Source: Octopus sinensis
Taxonomy: Eukaryota
NCBI RefSeq assembly: GCF_006345805.1
Contig: NC_043001.1
Coordinates: 4,402,001-4,466,000, forward strand
Direction: 5' to 3'
Length of the DNA stretch: 64,000 nt
Below the pieces are notes generated by a model that saw nothing but the letters and a program-made list of their open reading frames with translations, did not search any database and had not been told where the DNA came from. Below, piece by piece: positions 53,545 through 64,000 of the stretch. Position numbers and translations under genes: made by a program. Position 1 is the first letter of the stretch, and every line of letters starts with the position of its first letter.

Positions 53545-53690
53545 CTTAGGAATGACACCTAATGAAGGCTGGAGGGTATATCTGAAACGTGTTAACAACA
53601 AACAAGTTGAGGACAAATATCCGACAAATGTAAATAATGTAAATAATGTAAATAATTTACATAATTCCTCACCTCTTAAATATAGAACTC
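53545..53690 (+). mobile_element. Inverted family C tail with decayed hammerhead (53554-53593)
   Basis: gacac ctaatga a ggctggagggtatatct gaaacgtgtt, then (gtaaataat)n and tacataattcctcacctcttaaatatagaac. Confidence 0.8.
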
Positions 53691-56600
53691 TAATGTATGA
53701 ATGCCATGGTTACATCATCAGGAACGATTGTCAAGTATAATTATCAATTATGATTACCGACAAAGTGCACCCATCATCTATATTAACGCTAAAATATTTA
53801 ACTGTCATTCCAAATCAGACGCGCCATGAGTGAAAAATTCTCTGTGAATATGGTTGTCAAGAGCGTATGAATGAACTTACGATTCAGACGACGCGAGAAA
53901 AATGCTTGTGATATTTTGATAATATATGGATTCATTACCCGATTAATTGTACAATATGTTTGGAAATAAAGCGGAAAACTATTAATAACATATGAAAGAA
54001 ATATAAGCGAACTGCACTTAATACACACTCGAAAGTACTTAGAAAGAAATGAAGTGGACTAAACGCAAAACACACACTCATACGCATGCACACGCACGCA
54101 CATACACATATATATTCCTGTACATACACATATGCTCGAACACACACCTGAAAACAGTTTAGAAGTAATAAGGTAGACATATTATATTTGAAATTAAAAC
54201 AAAGATAAATCGAAAATACGAAGCAAAAGATATCGATAGTCTAAATGTTTACGTAATAAATTATATTTATAATATTCTCATCTGGACTATAAATCAATTA
54301 GCTTGTCTAGACAGGAAAACGAGTAAAATATAGAATTATTGTAGAAAATATTACATTTACTTGGAATACAAAGAGGTATAGTCTATGAGAAATGAGAGAT
54401 TTATAAGAATATCGAAACTATACGTGATATAGTGGTAAGAGATCGTGTCTACGACTACGTCAGCATATCTTTAGGCAATGCCCTTTAAGATGCTATCATT
54501 TTTGGTTTGCCTTCAACGATATATACCAATATCAGAAGCATTTAATCTTCAAGATAGTAATCTTTGGTTTTACTAAGATTTTTGTATGTTCTCTATTAGA
54601 AATAGCCATAATTGCAGAGGTTTATTACACGCTTGTTGGGCATGATTGTGAACAATATGTTATAAGAGCGGTTTACGAAATCTACACATTAGGATACCTC
54701 GAAGTCCTGTGTTATTCCTGGCTGTTTGAAACCACAATGAAATCATAAATACAGGAATGATTCATAACGATCCAGGCATGTAAAATATATTTTGATATTT
54801 CAAGTGATCTTAACGGGTAATGTTTCAACACACATTTTTAAAAGCACCTTGCTCAAGCGAGTCTTGAGAAAGAGTACTCAAAGGCTGCAGTGACTTCCAC
54901 TAAAGGGCCTTGTTCACTGGAGAATGCAAAATTGCTGCAGATGTACTGTAATCCTGCACCGTATACAGAGAACGACAACGTGAGTGGTCCGTAATTAAAC
55001 ATACTCCATTTTTCAGTGCTTCGTCCTGTTGTTTTACGTCTATTTTTCTCACATCAATGAACCCGACCCATTCTTAAGCCCCCACTCACTACTTTTCCTG
55101 CCAACATCGAACTACCAACATACATTGTTGTTGCTCGAAAAACTTTGGCGCACTGGAATCTTATTCTTGCTTGTCTCTTTCTTACATGTGATGGTCCGTA
55201 GCTTTTGAAATGAAAAGTTCATGGTATGAAGCTCACCGCAAAAAGTTACTAGGATTATAGGTCAAAATACAAAAGATAAAATAAGTCATTTTATACAATT
55301 TGCACAAAGAAGCATTGTAGATGTTAAATATTCTGATCAGAAAAATCAGAGAAGAAATTTTTAGAAGGAATATCACTATGTTCAATGATGCTCTATTTAT
55401 TTCAATAGTACACGCTACCTATAAATAGTCTGGCATAAAATTTCCATTTTGCATAAATGTTGAATTCTGATTTTAAAACATGTGAAAAATTATGTTTATG
55501 TTTTTCAGTAAACGAGGCACAGAACCAGCAGGCTTGCCAGCGCGCCGAATAAAATCCTCCATGGAGGTCGTATTTTCATTTCATATTCTCGGTGTCGAGA
55601 CGCTAATTATGAACAGGAAACTGGGTTCGATGTATTTGACTTATCGGAACTGCCGCGAACGTGCTGGCCAATAGTTTCAGCAAATGAAGGACTTTTAATT
55701 TTTCAGCAATAAAATACGTGCCATCTTCTTTGGAAGTGTGAGAGCATCATTCATTGAGCTTGTTCTTAGTTGTTCTGCAGAAGTGCACTTTAAATATCAC
55801 ACGAAACTTACTTTAGGGCGTAATGATACCAGCTTTCTTTTTAGTCACACAACAAGAAAACTTGATTCAATATTCTTCGAACTACTTAGTAAACAAATAA
55901 GTCCAAAGGTGGGCTTACCTTATAAATTGCTTTATCGTTTATTGAAAATATTTCCATGTAGGATCATTTGCAACTGAGGTTTCATTGTTCTTTTGACGAA
56001 AGTCCATGTTTAACTGAAGCACTTGATTAAATTACGAGTTCAGTGGTATCTCAGCATAACATTAAAACCTGCCTAAGTTATGTATTGAGCATGTCTTTAT
56101 GCTGTTGTAGTAGTTATTCTGATAACTAAAATAACCATATTTATCATGGTTAAGCACGATTGATACGCATGCAAATCAATTAATCTCGCTAACAGTTACA
56201 ATTAATATTTTCCACCGCAATATTTGAAGCCTAATATAGAATTTCATTTTGATCCCTAATGGAGAAGAAAAACAAAAAGCTGATAAATTTATTGAACGAC
56301 ATAGTTGGCGAGATGTTTACTTTTATTGTGAACATAACACCAAAAACTGAAGGACATTTAATTCTTGTTAGACAAGAAATAACGTAACTTTTCATAATTG
56401 AATTTGAAGGTAACTAAGATGTATTTTTAATCTTTAAACTAAAACATAAAATTAAGAAATTGCATAATACTTTGCTTCTAAAAACTGTAGTGTAATTGCA
56501 ACATGTCGGGCCTTGGTTTTTTGGCAATCCCCTTCCAAAAAGATATCTGCCCCCGAAATTTATCGGACGTATATTAATTAAGATTAACAACAAACGAGAA

Positions 56601-59600
56601 ATAATTCAGTAGAGAACTTAATGTGGAGGATGGAATCTAACCCTTGAAACCCACAACAGTCGTAGAGAATTAAATATAATTGAATGGCAACATATCAATT
56701 AATCTCAGTAAACCGTATATGAAGAGAAAAACATTCAGAAGTTACCGGAGGGAATTATGGATATTATTCACAATATTAATAACGATGTAAATAGTCAACC
56801 AAGATTATGTATCGTTTTGAAAGATGCTGAAGGTCTGGATATTAGAAAATAAACAACATAATTTAATTTGTTCGACTTTATGCATGGAATGACTGCATCC
56901 CTTTCACACAGACCCGAAAGGATGTAGGAAGAGATTATACTAAATTCTTTCTACAATTGAGAATAAGTAATTATTAGTTCACTAAGTAAAGAAACAAGCA
57001 AACATTAGTCTTGATGTGTGACAATGGATCATACATTATCAATCACCCCGCATCGTATCGGATTTGGTTGTAGTATTCTCTCGGAAGTAGCGGATATGTT
57101 CGGGCTATATACACCTAAATCCCATGGATAGAATGTTACAAAATTGGCCGGAGAATTAACTAGAAAGACAAATATTTATTTAACTAAATAGAAGTTTAGA
57201 TCTTCAGTTATAACTGTGTATAAAACACATTCTGTTTGTTCTCACTTGATCCTTTTCTGCTTAGTAGTCATTTGGCGATATTCTTTTCAAACATTTATAT
57301 TCCCTGGTTTGATGATTTGGTTTTACGTTTTTTTTACTAATCGTTCGTATTTTATACCATTTCTATTGCGAAATAAATAAATAATGAATTTCATTTATTA
57401 TTTTAAATCCATACCAATTAACCATTGGATGTAAATTATGGCTAGAAACAATCGAATAGAAACGACCTTTAATAGTTTATTAACCATGAATCTTTTTGAT
57501 ATATAGTCTATAATGAGTATAAAGGAATTTTCGAAAAGTATTAATCCATTTATTCGTTTTTCTCTTGGAATTTACTTGAATTATAATAGTCTTACTTTCC
57601 TTGCTAAATATTTGGATGTCGTTGTGATTTGTGCTATTTACAATTTAATAAAACAATTATGGAAAATATCAGGAAAACCATTGTTGCTCAACATGGACGC
57701 ACGCTCGTAATTCATATTGTCCGTTAATAAGCCCCGCGATAGGTCGAATGAAGATATTCTGGATGCAAAATTAGATGTAATGGGTGTAAAACCTTCTCAG
57801 AAAGTATACACGGCACTTAAGAGGGGAAATTATGAAAAATAGAAGTGCAACTAATATTGGGGGCGGTTGCAAATTCTATTTATATGGTAGCAGATAGGAG
57901 AAAGAATGTAGTTACAAGAAAGAAATCAACTTTCTGAAATGCTAATAATGCCATAACGGCCAACTGTACTGTTGCATCCTGAACCAAGAAAAAAGCATAT
58001 TTGGCCAATTTTCAAATATGATCAGGCCAAAGAAAACCATGCTGTTAATGTTCAAAGCAACAAAAAGTGTGCTACGTAAAACCTGAAGCATAGTTGCCTG
58101 ACTGTTTGGTGGGAAGAGTTAAAACTAGATAATATAGAGAAAAGAGTTGGTAGATTGGGCGTGGGGTTTTGCTTCTGTTTTAAGTCATTTACGAGACTCT
58201 GACTATGGTTAAATAATTAAAAAATCTCTCTCATCTCTCATTGGTGGAAATTTTAAGAAAACCACTAATTTTCATGGACTCCAAAACACGGAAGTTAATA
58301 TAGGTCAGAATATAATTACAGATACCAAATGGTTCAATGGAATTGCTCAAACACCTGAAATGAATCCGACAAGCCAGACATAATTCTCCAGAGTGATGAT
58401 CGTGATCAAAAGAGTAGAATAGTAATGGTTTGTCAATTACAGTACTGAGAGCAGCACTGGACAAACAATGGAGAAACCTGAGGCTAGAAGTCAATCATTT
58501 TAATATAAAGAAATACGAAGAATTCAGGTGCCAAATGCGGTATTAGTTAAAGAGAAATGTACAAAATACTGAAACAAATTATAATTCATTCTGCATCGTT
58601 TTCTCTGTAGCTTTCGGAAGTTAATATTAATGTTGGTTTATTAGTCTCACTATATAATTTCTCCAGAGGGGAACACCTTTTTTGTTATAGAGCTTATTGT
58701 AATTCCAACGAGCTTAGGATATATATATATATATATATACACAGAGAATTATATTGCATTATAGAAATATTGATACTATAGGACGTATTTTTGAAAGAGA
58801 ATTTCTATGAATAATTTTCTATGAATTTTCTATGAATAATATTTGAAACAATGATGTATATAATTCTATAGGATTTTAAAATACAATCAATTGCTAACAG
58901 TTAGAACACAATATTTTCTAAACGGGAGAAGTTATTCAATAAAACCGTCTTAAATTGATCGCTGGCAGGTGAACTAAGTGTGGTAAAGCCAATTCTTTTC
59001 CCAATTCGTTCAACCACATATGTGTACGTTAAATAATTTTATAAATGTTAACTCTTTCATAAATCTCTATTTTTCAAGTTGATATGCTGCAAAATTTCAA
59101 ATATGTACAAGTTAGACGGATTTTGAAGTCTAGAAAGTTATAATTGCTTTAATATTAAACGTTGAGTATTTTTATCAAAATATAAGATTCTCATCTACTT
59201 TTTTACAGAAAAGGAAGGCGATAATGGACAGATCTGTGAAAAGGCAAAAATACTTATACAAGGAAATATTCTTCATTTTAGAGGTACTTGTCTATAAATA
59301 GCCATGTGGTTAATGCATAGGCTACAAAAATTATGGACACAAGGTTTTATTATATAATCCCAAAGTTAAAGAGTTCAGATGACTGAATGAGTTGAGAAAA
59401 ACCCGCTGTTGTTATTACTCTGGTTGTTAGGATACCATTACTGCCCAGAGAGTGGTGAGGTGTGAGGCTTAAGGAAGCGTATGCGAGGCTTTGGTTGTAT
59501 CCAGCCCTAACAACCACAGTAATAGCAGCCGCCAAATCGGTAGAACCAACGTGAAAATGTAGTGAAGAATAAAACAGAATCCCAAAGAGAAGACAAAGAA

Positions 59601-60155
59601 AGAATTTATTACGTTTATTGACCAGTTGCCATTAAGTTTGTAGTAACTCTGTTATAAACACGATTCACTCCAAATATGCGTGTGAAAAAAACGATGTACA
59701 ATTTGCGGTTTTTGATATTAGGATAAATAAATAAGATTTCCTATTTTGAGTATAATTTCTATGTAGGTTGAGTGCAGTCAGGCAAGAAAACTCTTATATA
59801 TATATCCTTTACAGTCGAGATCTCGATTGGTGCATAAATACATATACTTAGACACACCTACTTAGACACACAAATACATGTATATATGTGTCTGTATATG
59901 TCTTAATACAGATATGCATATATTTGCCATTGTTTCACTGTGTTATTGTATTATACGATTGCCATTAATGTTTTTTTCCGACTGCAACGATTCCTTCATT
60001 TCGCATTCGTAAATCTGAAGTTCAAACTTCGTTTTAGGATTTTTCAAATCATCTCGTGCGGTATTGTTTGTTTTTTTTTCACGTGATTTGCCCTACTAGA
60101 CTGTTATTATTGTAATTTTTTTCAATGTTCATGGGGGAGAGACCACTACTGCTGA

Positions 60156-60386
60156 AGGCGGCGCGCTGGCAGACACGTTAGCGCGCCGGGCGAAATGCGT
60201 AGCCGTATTTCGTCTGCCGTTACGTTCTGAGTTTAAATTCCGCCGAATTCGACTTTGCCTTTCATCCTTTCGGGGTCGATAAATTACGTACCAGTTACGC
60301 ACTGGGGTCGATGTAATCGACTTAATCCGTTTGTCTGTCCTTGTTTGTTCAATGTTTTGCCTCTTGTGGGTAATAACGAAACAGAT
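60156..60386 (+). mobile_element. SINE family A1 monomer with 14-bp TSD
   Basis: accactactgctga at 60142-60155 and 60387-60400. Confidence 0.9.
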
Positions 60387-61103
60387 ACCACTACTGCTGA
60401 TGACCATGATAGCGATGAGAAGGAAGAGATGGACGAGGAAGAAGGGGTTAATGCCGTTGATGACTTTGGTTATCGAGACGTTCCTCTTGGTGGTGGTAGT
60501 CACGATAGTGCTGATGACGGTGATGCAGACATTGCTGACGCTGATGACAAACAATGACCACGATGATGACGACGACGAAGACTTTGACGACGACGAAGAC
60601 TTTGACGATGAAATATTATTTACGATGCTATTTCTGATGCCATAAACTTTGAAATGGAAAGAGCGTAAAATAAACATTCTCGGCTAAAGAACATTCGAGT
60701 ACACCGTACTTAATTGTCTATGTAGGTTAGCGTTCATTTTTATCACCTGTTTTATTATGTCAGAATTGTCGGCAACGCATCTACTCTCTCTTCGCTCTCT
60801 TGCACACTTACCATATCATCTCCCAATAATCTGTTGTTAGTGCTAAACATTCTATTCTCCAAGTGATAAACTATTTAGATATTTCAAAATTCTTCTGTCT
60901 TCAAATTTGCATTTCATTTAATCTTCCGCTTATTCTTATTCCTTCCATAAATATTCTTCTTACAATGATTTCAAAATTTTACAATGACTCACCGTTCTTT
61001 CCTCTTTTACTTCCATTTTATTTCTTTCCTACTGTTTTTATTTTCACTACTGGTAATATTGGCATTTTATTACCCATGCGTTCATATTCAAACGTGTGGC
61101 TGC

Positions 61104-61104
<1 letters not shown>

Positions 61105-61152
<48 letters not shown>

Positions 61153-61285
61153 GTAATAATAATAATAATAATAATGATAATAATAATAATAATAATGACA
61201 GTGATGATGATGATGAGGAGGAGGATGATCATGATCATGATGATGATGGCAATAAGAATAATGATAATGATAACAACAATAAAAA
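61105..61285. repeat. (AAT/GAT)n microsatellite
   Basis: Trinucleotide repeats. Confidence 0.95.
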
Positions 61286-61287
61286 AA

Positions 61288-61795
61288 ATATCGTCTCGGG
61301 AAGTCCTACGCTGACACAAAAGGAATATAAAAGTCGTCACAACATGGTGGGACAGTATTTACATGTAAACACTACAAAGTCAGCACTGCTGCAGACTGTT
61401 ATGATCATCATCCTGAGCCAGTCGTTGAAGGTAAAGCTGTTACTATCGTCTGAGGATTTCCACTGAACACTGAGAGAAAGTTCCAGGTTAATCGACAAGA
61501 CACATTCCTTAAAGTCTGGAAAGAAAATACTTGTAGACTAATGAAACTAAAAATATATCTGTAAGGAATATTACAAATTAAGTACATATAAGTGCCTGGA
61601 AATAGTAATACAAAAGAATGTGGCATCCTAAAGCGCGAATTGTTCCTGTTATTTTGGGTACACAAGGTATGATAAAGGAAAATGGAAAAAAGGAATATCA
61701 GAAACATGCGAATATGATCCCAGGAGAACCATGTCTCACAGAATTCCAAATGATTGTGCATACAAGTATCACCCACATACTTTAAAAATTATCCA
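61288..61795 (+). mobile_element. R4/Dong-like 3' fragment
   Basis: NIVSGSPTLTQKEYKSRHNMVGQYLH, HHPEPVVEGKAVTI, MWHPKARIVPVILG and IPGEP. Confidence 0.8.
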
Positions 61796-62029
61796 TTTAA
61801 ATGCCTGTGCAGTATTACATGGATATATTTCTCTACTACTTCTCTACTACCCCTGCGACATCTCATCCCCCCAATGTTCACCCAAATTGTAACATCTATT
61901 ATCCTTCACCTACACCAGGAAGGTGGGTGTGTCTCGGCAAATGTTTGTAACAAACATGCAGATTAAATGTAAATGATAATTTGAACGACTCCGTTGGCCA
62001 AGAACGACGATGGCTGAACCTAGAGGATC

Positions 62030-62335
62030 CTCTCCGGGGTACAATTCTGGATGGAAAGTCGTCTCACAGATGAAAGCACAACCTAGGGTAGTTTTTTTAT
62101 GGAAGACCAACAGTCGCCGGTGCATGCCACACCGCCGATGTTATCCAAGGGAAAAGCAAAGGTCGATGCAGCTTGGCACCAGTTATGTTATAACTTAATT
62201 CTACAACTGAATGAACTGGAGCAACGTGAAATAAAGTGTTTTGCTCAAGAACACAACACGCAGCCCGGTCCGAAAATCGAGCTCACAACCTCACGATCAT
62301 AAGCTCGACGCTCTAACCACTGAGCCATGCACCTT
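62030..62335 (-). mobile_element. tRNA-derived SINE family E (CORE-like central segment)
   Basis: ggtgcatggctcagtggttagagcgtcg head; gtgttcttgagcaaaacactttatttcacgttgctccagttc resembles the CORE domain. Confidence 0.7.
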
Positions 62336-62340
62336 AAGAA

Positions 62341-62405
62341 ATGATGACAATGATGATGATGATGGTAATGGTGATGATGATGATGATGATGCTGATGACG
62401 ACGAC

Positions 62406-62447
<42 letters not shown>

Positions 62448-62450
62448 AAT
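62341..62450. repeat. (GAT)n microsatellite
   Basis: Trinucleotide repeats. Confidence 0.95.
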
Positions 62451-62477
62451 AAATAAAAGCAATAATAATTACACGAA

Positions 62478-63212
62478 ATCAAAGCATTTCCCTTTATATA
62501 TTACTAAAAACGTGTAAGGAAGAGAAATACTACACGTAACCTCAGAATATGGGGAAATGGAGAAGAAACAATAATCATATTGTCTCTAACTGTCCAGTCC
62601 TCGCTAAGAAGGACTATATTCACAGACACGACAGCGATGGGACCTATGTGCACTGGAAGCTATGCCAACACTATAGACTAGCAACAGAAAAAAATGGTAT
62701 AAGCATATCCCCAAGAAGGTAAGAGAAAATGAAAAATCAGACATACTACTGGATATGCCAATACAGACATATACAGAAATTAAGGAAAATAGGCCGGATA
62801 TAGTTGTGAGAGATCATCAAGAAAAAAACAAATGCTCTCTAATAGATGTATCAATACCAATAGATGACAACGTTTCTCTATGAGAAATGGAGAAACTATC
62901 AAAATACAAAGACGTGGAAATAGGTCTAACTTGAATGTGGTATTTAAAAACAGAAACAATTCCTATCATAGTAGGCGCGTTAGGTATGATAAAAAATATT
63001 CAAACAAATTTAACAAACATACCAGGAATAACAATTATATATAACATGCAGAAATTAGCTCTAGTTGGCACCGAACATATCGTATGTAAGACACTTTCAA
63101 TACAGTAAAATTAAGAACATCACAACAAACCACAGCACACACCGAAGTCAGTTCAGTAGTGCAGCGAAAGCACGTAGTAAGAATAAGACGGCTGAATAAT
63201 AGTAATAATAAC
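62478..63212 (+). mobile_element. R4/Dong-like 3' fragment with knuckle, RLE and 3' UTR
   Basis: HIVSNCPVLAKKDYIHRHD, VHWKLCQHY, ENRPDIVVRD, CSLIDVSIP, EKLSKYKD and IPIIVGALG; ends in aataatagtaataat. Confidence 0.9.
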
Positions 63213-63234
63213 AAAGTAAAAAATAAGACAAGTA

Positions 63235-63960
63235 TTAAAGGGAATAACGAGACATCTTGGAGAATGCCCCTCTTGGTATCAACTTTCACTAAGTACAGTA
63301 AGATGAGTAGAGGTCTACCTCACATTTCTTCATGCTAAATGTAATGGACTCTCTTACGTTGTCTGTAATACTAAAAGTACTCGAAAGTCCGTTCATCCAC
63401 GAGTGTAGAATCATGTCATAGGATTTCTTATAATCTATTCATGCTATTGTGAAACTTGTCTTTGTAGACTTCACTTCATTTAGATCTACTTTGTCTCTGT
63501 AAAATAGATCATGCGTTTCTCTACCATTCTTCCTGCAACTTTCCTATTCTTCTGGAAGTAAATTCTGGCGGCTGTGAAGGTGCTGCTAAACCCTTTTTAA
63601 GACCATTCCTTGCAACAGCTTTCACAGAAATCGTAAGCAAATTGTAGGTCTATAATTGCTAGTTACATTTTTGTCTTTCATAAAGAGTACTTTTCTACCT
63701 CTTAGGTATAATCCCTCAATTCAAGCAATCCTGAAGTTTGTCCTTCAGTTTCACATGTAAACCACTGAATGTACTTTACCAATTCTGTAGAACTATTTCT
63801 GTTCCTGAACCCTTCAATCTTGCCATTTTTTCATAGCATTCGACTTATTAATGCACAAATTAGGTTTAGATTTATCGCTTCCCGCTTAATACATTGCCCT
63901 CACTCTATTTAACCATGCTATATCTACATAATTATCAATTACCATATATCAATTATCACC
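63235..63960 (-). mobile_element. R4/Dong-like RT fragment
   Basis: LLPEE*ESCR, IA*IDYKKSYDMILHSW and KRGILQDVSLFPL. Confidence 0.78.
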
Positions 63961-64000
63961 CCAGGACCTTTTAGCTTCTTTTGCATTAAACTTTCATATT

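Noticed and set aside
55500-57200. Possible decayed DNA-transposon coding sequence
   Set aside because: No diagnostic motif or TIR could be pinned down by eye.

Overview
AT-rich, repeat-dense eukaryotic DNA, very likely from an octopus (coleoid cephalopod). That assignment rests on recognising the SINE families and the (TA)n/(AAT)n/(GAT)n microsatellite load, not on a database search. I can support no host protein-coding gene, rRNA, true tRNA or CRISPR array. The window is a transposon graveyard with a 100-N gap at 4631-4730. It holds CR1-type LINE fragments, a TIR-bounded mariner nested in an older mariner, five R4/Dong-like fragments, RTE and Penelope RT remnants, about five tRNA-derived SINE families and several foldback elements. 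Three things stand out. (1) A composite element at two loci joins a tRNA-like Pol III head, an (AAT)n spacer and a Penelope-type minimal hammerhead ribozyme, and each locus has an inverted partial copy at its 5' end. (2) A 1822-bp ORF1-only (no RT) retroelement with a 15-bp TSD sits inside a SINE head. (3) One SINE family occurs both as TSD-flanked monomers and as head-to-tail multimers with two recurrent junctions, which suggests insertion into its own family. Boundaries of degenerate elements are approximate, and SINE family letters are my own labels.
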